Positions 1-13,396 of a stretch of DNA of 64,000 bases are shown here, in pieces. Position 1 is the first letter of the stretch. Each line of letters starts with the position of its first letter. Made by a program: the position numbers and the translations under genes. The notes under the pieces were generated by a model. It worked only from the letters and a program-made list of their open reading frames with translations. It was not told the DNA's origin and ran no database searches. Source of the stretch: Antedon mediterranea (taxonomy: Eukaryota; Animalia; Echinodermata); NCBI RefSeq assembly GCF_964355755.1, contig NC_092676.1, positions 25,128,871 to 25,192,870 of the forward strand, written 5' to 3'.

Positions 1-136
1 CCTTTCTCTGCCTATTTTCATCAGGCCTAAAATCGCGCCTAGAGGCCCATAAATAGGCCTAGGCCTAGGGCGTAATTTAATTTACAATATAAATTTGTTA
101 GGCCTAATAACAAAAGTATTAAATATTTCTACACAG

Positions 137-510
137 ATTGTGAACTATTCGCAAACAGACGTCGCTTGCTACACAACATCGAACCTTTCGCGTCAGACAG
201 TACGGATACCTGCTACGAAATGCTATCCAGCGTAGTGGTGACGCCAAATGGTAACTATCGTCGGCAAGACTGGAACGCACTGAAGTCTTTTGTGGCAAAC
301 AAGAATCCAATAATTTCAAACAGTAAGTATGGGGCACCATAAGTAGCAAAATGTACATATCATTTTACACAGCCACACATTTGCTGCGTATGGCGCCCCA
401 TAAATAAGGACCGGTTTTTCTTTCCCAATAGACAGACAAACTAAACCAGTAATTCTTCATGATTTTATTCTTTTTCAGTGCTGTCGGTGATGCCCGTATC
501 TCTTGAGTAA
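137..510 (+). CDS. Last two coding exons (137-322, 479-510) of an unidentified gene entering from upstream
   Basis: ttctacacag|137-322|gtaagt is an open 186-nt phase 1-1 exon (CELFANRRRLLHNIEPF...RRQDWNALKSFVANKNPIISN); tttttcag|479 continues in frame to MLSVMPVSLE-TAA (508-510); AATAAA near 655. Family not recognised. Confidence 0.5.
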
Positions 511-949
511 GACGACCATCGATAGGCGGTCAACAATGACCCAAGGATCAACAAGGATTACAAAACTAATTAGGCCCTAGGCCTAAAAAAAAAAACAACT
601 TTCTATTTTAGAAAAAGTTAAGCTTAAATTTGATAAATTGTGATTTCTGGAAATAATAAATTGGAAATAGTGTTATTTTGGTTACGATGGACCTTTATTT
701 TTGTTTGTAGGATCGAGCTGAGTGAAAAAATTTCCGCATGCTTGGTTCCCACGAGGACAAAACGCAATGACGTCGTAGACGCAGTTCAGAGGTCCCAATT
801 TCCCCGAAATTTGAGAGTTTTCCCGATTTTCTCCGAATTTTAATGCAGGTCCCCGCCTCCTTACATTTATCGCGTCGCGTGACAGTGACGCGCGCTAAGG
901 TCCCTTGCGTTGCGTCCAAGCATAGTCAATATTGACTATGGTCCAAATG

Positions 950-1095
950 AAGCTTGGTTCCCACTAGGACGCAACGCAAGCAAGTTGACCAATGACAAAC
1001 GACAGTTCGAATAATTCATCGTTTGTGATTGGTCAAATCCGTTACTATACGTTGCGTTACGTCGTTGTGTTACGTCTCTAGTGGGAACCACGATT
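950..1095. mobile_element. MITE family B (TIR AAGCTTGGTTCCCACTAG..ACGCAAC), Harbinger-like; other copies about 739-920, 2333-2475, 14841-15108, 41307-41462
   Basis: Imperfect terminal inverted repeats and shared internal TTGACCAAT motif across copies; superfamily inferred from termini only. Confidence 0.6.
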
Positions 1096-1589
1096 AAGAA
1101 TCAAGCTTTCAGTTGTGCTGACTTTCCAGTGGTGGAGTAATTAGATCGACAGAACAAACAAAGAAACAACAAATATTTATAAAGCTATTACATAATTTAT
1201 TTAATCAGATTAAAGCAGATTTTAAACAATTTTATTTTACCATAAATTCATATTATTATAAACCATAAAAAGATAATTATTCTTAAATGTAACACATTTT
1301 AATTATCAATAGCATCGGAACACAGAACATTTATCCGGACACGGACCGCGTACGCTTGTGTAAAATGCGTATTTGTTAGGCAAGATAAAATATATATTAA
1401 ATAATATTTGTGACCTATTGAAGTACAGCAACAAAAAAATTGCATTTAAAAGTAAATGGGAATAAGTAAAACAAAAATGGGAGTACACCCACGTGGGTGA
1501 TGACGTAAGTACGAAAATCTCACTCACTTTTACTACTAGTGACCACATAGACAATATACAAAAGCTAATAGTTAATATCAAGGTGTGTA

Positions 1590-1991
1590 AAGGCCCATTT
1601 ACACTAGGGCGATAACGATCGACGATAAATAGATAAACATAGATTTTTGTTGGATAAAATGAAAGAAATTAGAACAGGTTTCTTTCTAGAACTATAGGAT
1701 AATCATGTCTGCTGTATTGAATAAAAATTTTATTTTTGAAAATCCAATCAAATGACGTCATGATCAATAAAAACAATAAAATCGTTGTATTGTAACGATA
1801 CTATTGCTCTTACTAATCATGACGTCATTTGATTTGACGTGTGGTTATATTATTTTCATCAAAAGGCAACATAGATGATAATCCTGTAGTTCTAGGATGA
1901 AAACTTTCTAAAATTCTTTTGTTTTAGGTATGAAAATTGCATATTTATCTTTTTATCGTCGATCGTTATCGCCCTAGTGTAAATGGGCCTT
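1590..1991. mobile_element. MITE family C (about 40-bp TIR AAGGCCCATTTACACTAGGGCGATAACGATCGACGATAAA), Harbinger-like; degraded copy 5351-6005
   Basis: Near-perfect long TIRs, quasi-palindromic interior, TA/TWA flanks. Confidence 0.8.
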
Positions 1992-3129
1992 TATGCTTTT
2001 TGGACATTACTATCAATACTACAGTGTATACAATATAAGGCAGCAAGTTTCCGTCAAGCAACCTGTGACGGTACATAATTCGAAAAGAGATATAGAATAG
2101 AGATCCGCGTACACTTTTTTCGGATACGACTCGAGGCTAATTTCATTGCAGCAAAATGTATTTATAACTCAGAAATTCGAAATTTAAACTAAATACAAAC
2201 ATATATTTGTCATTAGACATTAATACCATATAACTTTTACAAGAAAAGTTTTCGACGATATTTTGGGAAGGCGAACAACAAACACAAATGCGCAGTGTAT
2301 ATTTGCAGTGAGTGGACCTACCTTTTCTCTAATGCTTTGTTCCCACTAGAGACGCAACACATCAACGCACCGTAAAGGATTTGACCAATCACAAGCGATC
2401 TACTAATTCGAACTGTCGCTTTTTATTGGTCAACACACTACGTATTTGCGTTGTGTCATAGTGGGAAGCTAAGCTTAACCGACCGTCCGTATTCATATAA
2501 ATCGCGATGCACCTTTAAAAAGATGTCATAGTAAAAAAATATATAATTACCTTACAATAATATTATATACAGTGAGTGAAATATAGGGAAAAGCACCCAA
2601 TAATTAATTTGCATATACATGCGATATTAAATATAATTTGCATACAATATGCAAATATGTACTTCAAAATAAATTACTGTGTACAAATGAGATTCCAGAT
2701 CATAAAAATAAACAGTTAAACTCTGTCTAACTATCAAACTTTATGTGACAAAAAATGTGATGTCCACATATAATATGACATAATGATTTTTTTTGTAAAA
2801 CTAGTTTGATAGTGTAGGCAGAGCTTTAGCAAAATGAGATATAACTCCTAAAATAGTGTGTGAACATTATATAATAATATAATAAATAATAATGAATAAT
2901 TTTTATTCTGAATTAAGTAAATCTGTAACAGACTTTTTAAAAAATAAATAAATGAAAATGGAAACAATATGGCAAGAGAAATGTTTGATGAATAAAAGAT
3001 TCATGTCAAGACTGACCCACCAGCAGACTTTGGTGTTGGCAATAACCAAATTGGGTATTTTATTTTAAAGATGTGTCCCTTTTATACATCCTGTCAAAAA
3101 CAAAATATTTATGAATACATGCATATTAA

Positions 3130-3669
3130 AGATGTATTGTCCCTTTGACTAATTCCAATAAAATTAAAAATTTTATATTTCGAAAAAAAGTGGGTCATTT
3201 TGAAGTATCATAACAGTTATTAACTTTCACCTAAAATTAGTCGAAAAAAAATCATTTAACTGAAATACAGACGTTTTTTTGTTCAAAAAATAACTTCCAG
3301 TCAAAGTTTTCGATCAAAACATATCTCATAATGCAACACGCTTGTTTGGCTACTCTGTATGCATAATCATAAAATTTCCTAGCGATCTGTGTGAAAACAC
3401 CTTCTCAACCGTGACGGGTGTTAAACAATCCTAATTAGCATCATGCATAATGCATACTTGTGGTTTGAAATCTTTGTTTACTTTTGCTCGCGACGATTTT
3501 CCAGACGAAATGTAATTTATTTAATTTACCTGTTAATTACGCATAACTTATTGTTTTTGGCTCAAATTTTCGACTTAAAGTGAATAACTTTAATATTACT
3601 TTGATATGGCCAATTTAAATTTAGAATATTTTGACCTTCATTTTTTGTGTTTCAAGGGACAATACATCT
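3130..3669. mobile_element. TTAA-flanked non-autonomous DNA transposon (Kolobok-like), TIR AGATGTATTGTCCC
   Basis: TTAA at 3126-3129 and 3670-3673; RR...YY termini; near-identical copy at 20201-20727. Confidence 0.8.
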
Positions 3670-4321
3670 TTAATAATTCAGTTAAAATTGAATACATAAA
3701 TATTTTACAATGTAAAGTTACATATTTTGGTATTCATAATAAGTACAAAGTTAAATTCTAAATACTGTATAAAATAGTGATTTTTACTTACAACTATGTA
3801 AAAATAGACTTAATCTACAAATGCTGAGACAATGATGTTATTGTTTGAAGGCTTCAATGGTGTAAGATGTATATTATCAAATGCTTAAATGTATAATACT
3901 GTACATTTTTCCTCCAACATACTGTATCTACTCAAGAAACCCAATTATGCCAATTAATTTTACCATGTCAATTATGTTTTTCCGGTATATACAGTAGTTA
4001 TCATGGAAGTATATAATCTAGCTATAATGTTAAATAAAGACATATTGTCCCCCTGAAAAAATAATTGTTTTAATTTAAAGGAAAAAATAGTCAAATTGGC
4101 TGCCAGTTAATGAGTTTTTAGTTGAATTTAATCGTTTGCTTTGTCTTTTTACGTGTGTATTGCCCTGGTGTTAAACTGACCAATCATAGTAATCAAATAG
4201 CACGCAAACTATGCTTTCTCCCGAGATTTCACAAAGTTTGTGTGTGTGAAAACATGTAGTAAGTCGGGAGATCAAACCTGTTTACAAATTGTAACAATTT
4301 ATGCAGATGTGAAAAGGTATT

Positions 4322-4462
4322 AAGCTCTGTCTGCACTATCAAACTAGTTTGACAAAAAGAGTGTGATGTGCCCAAATATGGTAGTGATATGTCTAAATAT
4401 AGTAATGATATGACATCATCATGTCCATATATGGGCAAAGTTTGATAGCGTAGACAGAGCTT
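4322..4462. mobile_element. MITE family A (about 140 bp, TIR AAGCTCTGTCTACACTATCAAAC); representative of about 13 copies
   Basis: Other copies at about 2719-2826, 4837-5221, 11172-11293, 11886-12023, 40713-40861, 43089-43231, 46756-46916, 49470-49597, 53003-53133, 56978-57105, 58347-58487, 61886-62073; shared CCAAATATGGTAGTGATAT subrepeats. Confidence 0.85.
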
Positions 4463-4631
4463 TAGACTATTATTAAATCTTCAAAATTGAATTCTCTTTT
4501 CTCCCATTCAATGCCATGGCTTCATTTTCCACCATCATAGTAAGACAGCATCATCTAATATAAAGGTCTGTTTAGTATTATTTTGCATCTAAAAACTTTT
4601 ATGAACATCCATTGTATCTGTTTAGCGCCCT

Positions 4632-7600
4632 CTAGTAGTCATCATCGAGGTCTCGGTTGAGTAAATTTGGATTCTGTACGATAACTCTTAGTAGGAGAGT
4701 GTTGAGGTAGTCTTGTGTTTCTCGTAAACATTTTGACTGTTGATGTAACTGCTCTTCAAGATCTAAAACTTTTGTAGCCAAGTCCTAAGAAAAAAATATA
4801 AACAAAATAACATGTAAATAAATGTACAGTATTATTAAGCTCTGTCTACATTATTGATCTTTATGTGACAAAAAATGTGATGTGTCCAAATATGGATACT
4901 TTTTTTTATTCTCGCTTTAGGGAAATTGCTAAGGATAACCATAAGTGAATTCATTCACTATCCTTCCATAAAGGTGGCAATCCCATTCATAAGACAAACA
5001 TATGCACAAGAAGCTCTACATAAACAAAGTCTTATTACAAGTCTTTGGGAGTGGAGTTGTAATTTGTCCTGACATATGACATATGAACCCAGGACCCTTG
5101 GATTGGTAGCCAAGCAGCATCATAACCATTAAGCCACAACTCCACTCCAAACGATGTCATATCACTATTTGGGTGCATCACACTTTGTTGTCAAACTAGT
5201 TTGATAGTGCAGAAGGAGCTTCAAAGAAATTCTAAACTGCATAGTAATATACTGAATACTGTATTAATTAATTATGAATCAATAAAGATGAGGAAACCTG
5301 TGAGAATGAGAAAAATTCACCCAAACTAAGATTTAAAGTCAGAATCTATTAAGGCCCATTTACACTAGGTTGATAAGGGCAACATAAATGGTTATCTTAT
5401 AATTCTAGATGAACAATTTTTAAAATTATTTTGTAATGCAAGAAAAATTCATTATTAGGGAGGTTTCGCAATCTTACGAATACGATAACGAAAACGGATA
5501 CGTCACTCACACGTATTCGTTTTTCGTAAGCCAGTAAAAATCTGTTTCGCATGGCAACGAAATATTGAGGGCGCCTCCCAAAATGACTGCGGTAAATGTG
5601 AGGGAAGCGCAGGTACGTGTTGCTTGGTGCTTGGCTGCCTAGGCCTAGCATAACATCAAAGCGAGTGAAGCCTTTAAAAATTGCTATTTATCAAAATTTA
5701 CCTGGCATTTTAGTAAATTACTTTAGTAAATTACTTTCAATAAAAGTATAATTATATTATAATCATGAATCATTCCTGATTCAAATGCAAAATGTGCAAA
5801 ATAGATCAAAAACTATACTCGTTTTGTAGTTACGAATATGACTGGTGATATTTGTCAACACGAATACGCTTTACGAATATGAAATGGGGATCAGCTCAAA
5901 AGTTTCACAAATGTGTGACGTATCCGTTTTCGTTATCGTATTCGTAAGGTTGCGAAACCTCCCTATTATCTATTTATCGTCGACTGTTATCGTCCTAGTG
6001 TAAATGTTTATATTGATAGATATATAAGACAAAGGTAAATATATACCTTTATTTTCTTAAATAAATTTAATCTAATCAAATCGTCATATAATAACTGTGG
6101 GTATTTGATGTACAACTACAATTTCAGGTTATATTTCAGATGGGCATAATTTAATGTGAACAACCATTTATCATGGTTCACACCACATGTGGTTTAGCAT
6201 TATATTAATTTAATGTGTATGATCCAGTGTGATTTATCAAAGGTGATTTAGCATTTTTTTAAATTATAATGTGAACCATATTTTCATTTAATCCTGTATT
6301 TTTATCAAAGGTGATTTAGCATTTTTATAAATTATTGGAACCACATTTTTTGTTTTAATTCAGTATGATTTATCATGAGTCTCTGGGAGATAAAAGTATT
6401 CAATATTATGCTGTTTAACAGACAGTGCTCTGTACTTACAATCACAAAAGGCTCTATTCTTTATTATAGTTCTGTAATAGTGTTGGAATTTCTATACTGA
6501 TATAGAATTCGATATGATTGTACTAACTGTATATTTAAGCCAGTGGGCTTGCTTTCGAGGTGGGCCTCTGATTTTCGAGGTTTTACAGTATTTTTGTGGA
6601 AAACAAATATTACAATCAGGGACAAGCCCTCTGGAAGTAATACTTGTGTAAGGGCATGTGGCGCAGTGTGTTGGATGTTTGACTACTGATCATGAGATTG
6701 AGGTTCGAATCCAACTCTCGCCGCATTGCTTGTATCCTTAGGCAAGATATTTTACTTACGCTTGCCTCTCTCCACCCAGGTGTATAAATGGGAACCCGGT
6801 TAGATCAAGACACAAGTCTGCGCTTATTACTAGCTGCATTATGGGAGTATGTTTCCATACGTATTTGATCAGGAAAAAATGACTGGGGTAATAATGTTCA
6901 GCGGTTAGAGGTTTCTCAACATTAGGCATTATATAAATCCAGGATATTATTATTATTATTAAGAAATTATACACTTACCTCTTTTGACATGTTTTCAAAT
7001 CTTGCCATAGGAGATGAAACTGTTTTGGGTTTGCGATACGGACGGGTCGGAACTTTAACACTATAACCAGAATTGATGCTTCCGTCAATATTTATTATCA
7101 CAGGTTTAGGCTCAGCTGGTGATGTCATCTCGGGCACTTCTGGTTTCGGAGCACCATTTGGTGAAGGTGTCCTAGACATCTCAAATACAGATGTGTTTGT
7201 CGGTGACGTCGAGGCAGCTCTCTTTTCTTCCATCTTGCCCTTTGCTATGTCCGAATCGGTAGTATCACTTCCATATCTTGCTGACCTTACAGGTGACCTA
7301 TTGGGTTGGGTCTGCTTGACCAGTGTTGTCTCTATAGGCAATGCTCTTGTGGGTGAGTTTCTTGGTGGTTTGACAGGCGGTGTCCTAATTGGTGAATCTG
7401 GAAAGGATTTCTCAGATGACATTTCTGATTGGACTTCTGGTGTCTTTACTGGTGTCTTCTCAGATGGCACGGTTACTGGCTCTGGTTTATTTTTGGCAGG
7501 AATTGATAGTTGTGCACTTGGTTGATCTGAGCTATGAAACGAGTGCCGGAATTTGGCTAAATTAAAAAGACAAAGAAAATAAGTTAATAATAATAATTTG

Positions 7601-10600
7601 TCAGTGAACGTTCTTCCAATCGCATGGTTCAATCCTGACCTAGTGCCAGGGTTGTAACTCACAACTCTTTCAAGTCCACTCCCTAAGCCTCAAATGAGAA
7701 ATACTATAAAAAAGAAGGCATTTATTACTTACCATCTCTTTGTACATGTTTCTTCTCAGTGTTTTCATCAACGGAAACTAATTTTCGATGTGGTAATGTT
7801 TGGTAACTTCTGTAATACGCACTTTCTGATGACGATCTTCTGCGGTTAGCAATACTACCCACATCCTCGTCTTCAACCTCTAGTTCGCTCGTCTCTGTTT
7901 TTAACGAGTCTGCGTGACCTTTCTTACTGTGATTGGGATCAACATGATAGCTGGACTTAGTGGCTGGACTTGTTGTGTTTGGGTCAATATTTGCATACGG
8001 CATGGACAGTCTGCGATGAGCAGGGGCGTACTTTGCCAGACGTCGTCGTTGAGTTGGGGGCGTCCTTATCTGTGCCTTGTTCAAGTCGTTTACAGATGGT
8101 ACAGATAATGTTTTTTTAACAAATTTCTATATTTAATAAAAATAAATAAAAAATCATGACTATTTTTTTTAATGATATACCATTATTACAAACCACAGTT
8201 TAATTTCCTTAATATGAAATATAGCTTTACTAACAAAACGTATGACATCATCTAACTGGAAATGATTTTTGCAGAGAATATGACTAATAAAATAGTTATT
8301 CAAATTGATTTTTATTCCATCTGTTAAAATAGTAAATACAGAACTGGAAACAACTCCTTTCCTGGCAGAGGAACTCCCTGTTGTGTGGAAACCCTTTCAT
8401 TGATGTGTGGAACTTCTTCTCTGCTGTTTGCGATATAGTTTGTGGTAGATTGATTGAACAGCCCAAGAAAGGTACCATCACTGTCCTATGGTATATTTCA
8501 TTGAGCTTTCGGACAAGATAGTTCAAATGCACATTTTACTAGCAGTATCACACAAAGTAATTGCGCAAATTATATAAATTTAAAATCATTAAACCATTAG
8601 GGGGTGGGACTAAAAAATGATTGGTAAGCATATATATTATATATAAGTAAAACCTTATCTGAACTGGTTAGAGAGAGGCCAACTACAAGACCAAAAGTCA
8701 ATACTGGGACTATACCAGGGGATATGCCAGTTTGTGAAATTATACATAAAGTAGGAGACCAGAAGTGGGACTATACCCAAGGAAATATGGTATATAGAAA
8801 ATAAAGTTATTTTACTCAATTAGTTGAGTAATATTCTATGTATCGCCAAAACTCATCCTACCAAATCTTCCGGTGAGAATAATCATATACCTAATTACAT
8901 TCCATGTTGGAACATGTAATAAATATAGAAATCCCCACATCCCACCCCCTGCTGTGACAGGTTTAAAATATTATTATAAATTCTGTAAGTTACTCTAGTT
9001 GTACTGCCTCCCCCTGCTGTGACTTACCGGATCAGATTTTGGTATAGACTTCGGTACTGGTTCACTTTGTTTCATCTCCAGCTGAGGCTTACTGCTATTC
9101 TCCGCTGATGACTGCTTTTCTTTCTTTGGATCTGAAATACCAATGAATTAATTAATCATTTAAATTTCTAGAAATTTTGATTTCAAAATAACCTATTGGA
9201 CATGTAAGGAAATTCTATTTTAAAGGGTTTTTCACAGTCCGGCACCTGAAAAAGAACGTTAATTTTTTGGTTTTAACGCGGCAACGTGCATATATCGTTT
9301 GGGGCATTGACGCATGGAGCATCGTGAAAACGAACTATGACAGGTGTGAAAAACCAAAGTGGGGTTTAGTCGCTATATTTTAGAAATAATTAGGAAATTT
9401 AGTTATAGAAAATGTTAATGCATTCGAACAGGGAAAAAATCATTGCCAGACTCCTTTTATCTATATAATATATGTTGTTTTTTTAATTGGACATTAAGGA
9501 GAAGATCTGACTGTATTTGTTTACAGTATTACCTGCTGTAGTTATTTTACTTTGTACTGTTTTCTTATCGTCTTTTACTTCTCCCTGAGTCTGCTTCATT
9601 TTAGCCATGTTCCAGCTGTGCATTGGGGCGTATGGGTTTAATCCACTTTTCACTTGGATAGTGATTTCTACATCTCCTCTTTCTTTTTTGCTTTTAGCTG
9701 ACTTTCCTTCTAACTTATACCAACTAAATAATAATAGAAACAGTAAATTAAAAAACAAACTACTGTATTACTGTACATTTATTTGAGCGGGAGTTTATTC
9801 TACTGATTTTGTAGTGGTGGGGAGGGGCAAAGGGAGTGTTTATTCGAAGGGAGGGGGAGTTTCTTCAAATAAATACTATTCAAATAACTCTAATTTAGTA
9901 GTGGAACAGTGGTAGTTCAGTGGAACAATAGGTTGTGATATTCTATGACGTCTGGTGTAGAGATTTCTATAATTTTCCAAGAATGCCTATATCATCATTC
10001 CATATTGATAACAACCAAACAGACATAGCATACAAACAAAACAAAAATATTGTCATTTTATGTCATCCTCTCATTAGTAAACAATACAAGTTAGATGTAA
10101 AGTTTACATAATCAGAATCACAAAGTGATAATATGTTAATCATTATCAATATAACATGACATGACATTTTAGATGATAATAACATTAACAGATAACATTT
10201 TCCAAAATGACATTTTGTTTGGCTATCATATCTAACTGTCATATTGTCAGACTATCTAAATCATAAAATAAGTACTGTAATAATGTTTGACAACAATTAT
10301 TTAATTTAAATTTAAAGATGTATTGTCCCCAAAAATCCTGAAAAATAAAGATTTATAAATAAGACTTTTAATAGACCATTTTGCAGTTTTAATAAAGTTA
10401 TTCAATTCCATAGAAAAAAAACAAAAACAAATAATGATTTCACTTATAAAAAGACAAAATAAACAGTTAAACTTAACCAAAACCCATTGTCTGATAGAAA
10501 ATTTGAATATTTTTTGCTTTAAATAATTTTTTTGCCGATCCAATTTTTGGTCAAATTAAATAACTATATTAAGTGAAAATAAATGAAATATTCAACAAAC

Positions 10601-13396
10601 AGATAAAAAAAAATGTTCAGGGGGACAATATATCTTTAAACTGTATGGTATAGTTTGTTCAGTCATTCAACACAATAAAAATAGGTTTCATGGGACAGTG
10701 AATTCTAGTTTTCAGAATTGGTTTTAATATTCAGTGTTTATACTTTTATTCTCTATTCAATTTAAATACTGTACAGTGAAACTTTTCGTTTATCTTGATC
10801 AAACGTGCATGGTTTAACGTTGCTAAAGCACAAATAACTTACCTACGAACTGGTCTGCCATCTTCTTTGACTGATGACAGCGGAATATTGACCTGTCCTA
10901 TAAGGTCATCTAAAACAAGTCCTCGATTATAAATGATAATATCTACTGAACTGTTTTCTTTGTAAATATATCTGAAAAATAATTTATGAAATGTCTTTAA
11001 ATTAACACAGAAAAACTAATAGGTGAGCAATTCAATAATTGTTATGTTGTAACTTGTTTATACAATTTCTTTACCATATGTATTCATGAGAATAAATCGA
11101 GATGATCTACATAAACAAAGTTATTAACAAATCCAGGACAGGATTTGAACACATGACACTGGAATCACAATAAAATGTGATGTGCCCATATATGGACATA
11201 ATGATGTCATACACAACTATATTTGGGCATACCACTATCATATTTGGGCACATCATACTTTTTTGTCATACTTTACTAGTTTGAATAGTGTAGCTACAAC
11301 TACTTATTTTCTACAGTAATTTGACCCCTGACCTAAACAATGCAATATATTTAACAACATTCATCTTCATCTTTCAACATCATATTTTTATTATTAAATT
11401 TAAATAATATTTTCAAGGAAAGGAAGTTTCAGGGGCTAATATACGAATCGCATGATCTTTAGAAGATAAATTTCAATTTCAATTTCTTTTTATTTCGGAA
11501 ATATCATCCATATTAATAAACTTATTAACAGAAAAAGAAAAATCTAAAGAATGCTTCTCCATCTACAATACATTTTGGAGTTATGGAGCATATGTTTGCA
11601 AACACAAGCAACAAGGATGTTACCACTATTCAACATACGTTGCATGAAAAGGAATGCTGTGTCTCAATTCCACCCTAAGGGGAATTATATTGGATAGTGA
11701 TGTTAACTTGAGTGAACATAATTTGAAAGGAATTTCGAGCTAAAATTAGTCTTACCTGGAAAGGTACTGTAAAGGGATTTTCATTTAATATTGTGTTATA
11801 TAATATAATGTTTTAGTTCCTGCATTTGTTTATGAAAGAGTTTAAACCACCAGGAAAGGGGAAATACTATTGTGCTTTGTATTCAAAGTTTGACAAAAAA
11901 AAGTGTGATGTGCTCAAATAGGGTAGTGAATGTCCAAATATGGTAGTTGATATGACATCGTCAATATATGGGCACATCACATTTTTTTTTGTTATATAAA
12001 GTTTGATAGTGTAGACATAGATTTATGCATTTGTCCCACAAGAAAATGAACATTCTCATTCAGAAGGCAGGTTATTAAAAGAAAATTAAAGTTACACATT
12101 GGATATATGATACAATTTACAAAAATTAGAAAATTGACATATAGAAACTTTATAATCATCACATTTACAGAAGAGATTTTTGTTGATCCAATAGATCGAA
12201 AATATAATATTATTAGGATCCAATGAAATTATTTCAAGATATCACATTTATATAATTTTTTACAGATTTTTTTTGTACTTTATTAGATTGAAAATTGTAA
12301 ACTTGTCTAATTTTATATCTTGTCATTTATATACAGTACTATTGTCAGTAGTTAAAATTTAAAAATAGGAATTGATGAATATAAAAATTCTAACTTACAA
12401 TATACATTCCTCGTTCCATTGTGGAAAGAGTGTTTTGTCAACAACTGCAGTTTGGAATTTTTCCTTGCCTGAGCAAATTAGTGCATATGAACTATTGGTG
12501 TTATCCCTGCCTTTCACAATCAAATTTCTCGCTCTGTGAACTGTGTAAAGAAAATAATATTAAACACAATACGTTTTTAAAGAGACGGTTTTAAATACCA
12601 CTGAATAGGGTTTAGGTTGTGAAGGCCAAAATGAAGCGGGGATACACAATGGGTGTAATAAGTGAATTGTAATACAATAGAAATATTTCGTAATTATGCA
12701 TAATTACTGTTAGTAGGAGTTTTTGGTAAAAATTGTTAACAATTAAAAACAATGAATTAACAATGGTGTAGGATAAACCTTCATACTGTAGCATGTATTT
12801 GATTTTAAAAGGACAAAACAATGTCAAATTCTATCCAGAACAACATAAAGTAAACGGATGGATAATTTATTGTAAAAATGAAATTTGAAAACTTGTCTGA
12901 TATTGATTTATCTATGAAAAGTACGTAATTATTAAAAAGTGTAATATTATTATTACCTACAGTATATTTTGATATAAATTAAAATTATAAAATTTAATAT
13001 ATTAAATTAGATACGAAAATTTAATATATTAAATTAGATACGAAAATTAAATGTTACCATTTATATCATCATATTATCAATTATTATTAAGGTAATATTA
13101 CAATAATAATCACTAATTTAGCAGTTTTTACAAGAGAAATTGCATAATTTATTAAAAACAAACAATCAATATCCAAATAAATTAATTTATTTCTATAAGA
13201 TTTTATATATCGTAATGATGTATGAGAGATTTTTACTTATTGTAATGCGTTGAACCCAAAAATATACTGAACTCTAGGCCTCTAGGGCCTAGCTAGGCCT
13301 ATTTACAATTTTAGAATAGAATTTAAAATGAAAAGAAAGTCATGTAAACATACCAATAATTTTGCATGATTGGAGGGCTAAGTTTGCTTCTGACAT
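4632..13396 (-). CDS. RAB11FIP: Rab11 family-interacting protein, class I (N-terminal C2 domain, C-terminal FIP-RBD), 8 coding exons
   Basis: Exons 13354-13396, 12399-12540, 10843-10971, 9533-9723, 9028-9131, 7733-8126, 6979-7556, 4632-4784, all GT-AG with matching phases. C2: VHRARNLIVKGRDNTNSSYALICSGKEKFQTAVVDKTLFPQWNEEC...DDLIGQVNIPL...WYKLEGK..KKERGDVEITI; Pro/Ser-rich middle; RBD: LRETQDYLNTLLLRVIVQNPNLL-stop. Confidence 0.85.
4905..5150 (-). mobile_element. tRNA-derived SINE-like repeat (GGAGTGGAGTTGTGGCTT head) inserted in a family A MITE; relatives at about 7620-7700, 21293-21410, 44465-44650, 45045-45125
   Basis: A-box-like TGGCTTAATGGTTA and B-box-like GGTTCA on the minus strand; T-rich tail at about 4900; MITE halves on both sides. 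Confidence 0.55.
5457..5964. mobile_element. Non-autonomous DNA transposon with about 50-bp TIRs (AGGGAGGTTTCGCAA...) and ATT target duplication
   Basis: ATT at 5454-5456 and 5965-5967; nested inside the family C copy 5351-6005. Confidence 0.8.
6651..6960 (+). mobile_element. tRNA-derived SINE with CTCTCCACCCAGGTGTA(T)AAATGGG core and (ATT)n tail
   Basis: A box TGGCGCAGTGTG, B box GGTTCGAATCC, L2-like tail; other copies 48690-48977 (-), 21645-21832 (-, deleted), 61731-61793 (head only). Confidence 0.8.
10316..10635. mobile_element. Related shorter TTAA-flanked MITE (TIR AGATGTATTGTCCCC); inverted sister copy at about 54200-55975 hosts a Helitron
   Basis: TTAA flanks and TIRs; internal similarity to the 54.2-56.0 kb region in reverse orientation. 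Confidence 0.7.

Noticed and set aside
6651-6725. tRNA-like A and B boxes (also 61731-61793 and about 50090-50170)
   Set aside because: No convincing cloverleaf; they match SINE heads, and the 6651 copy continues into a SINE body and tail.
7073-7525. 150-aa + strand ORF
   Set aside because: Antisense shadow of Rab11-FIP exon 7.
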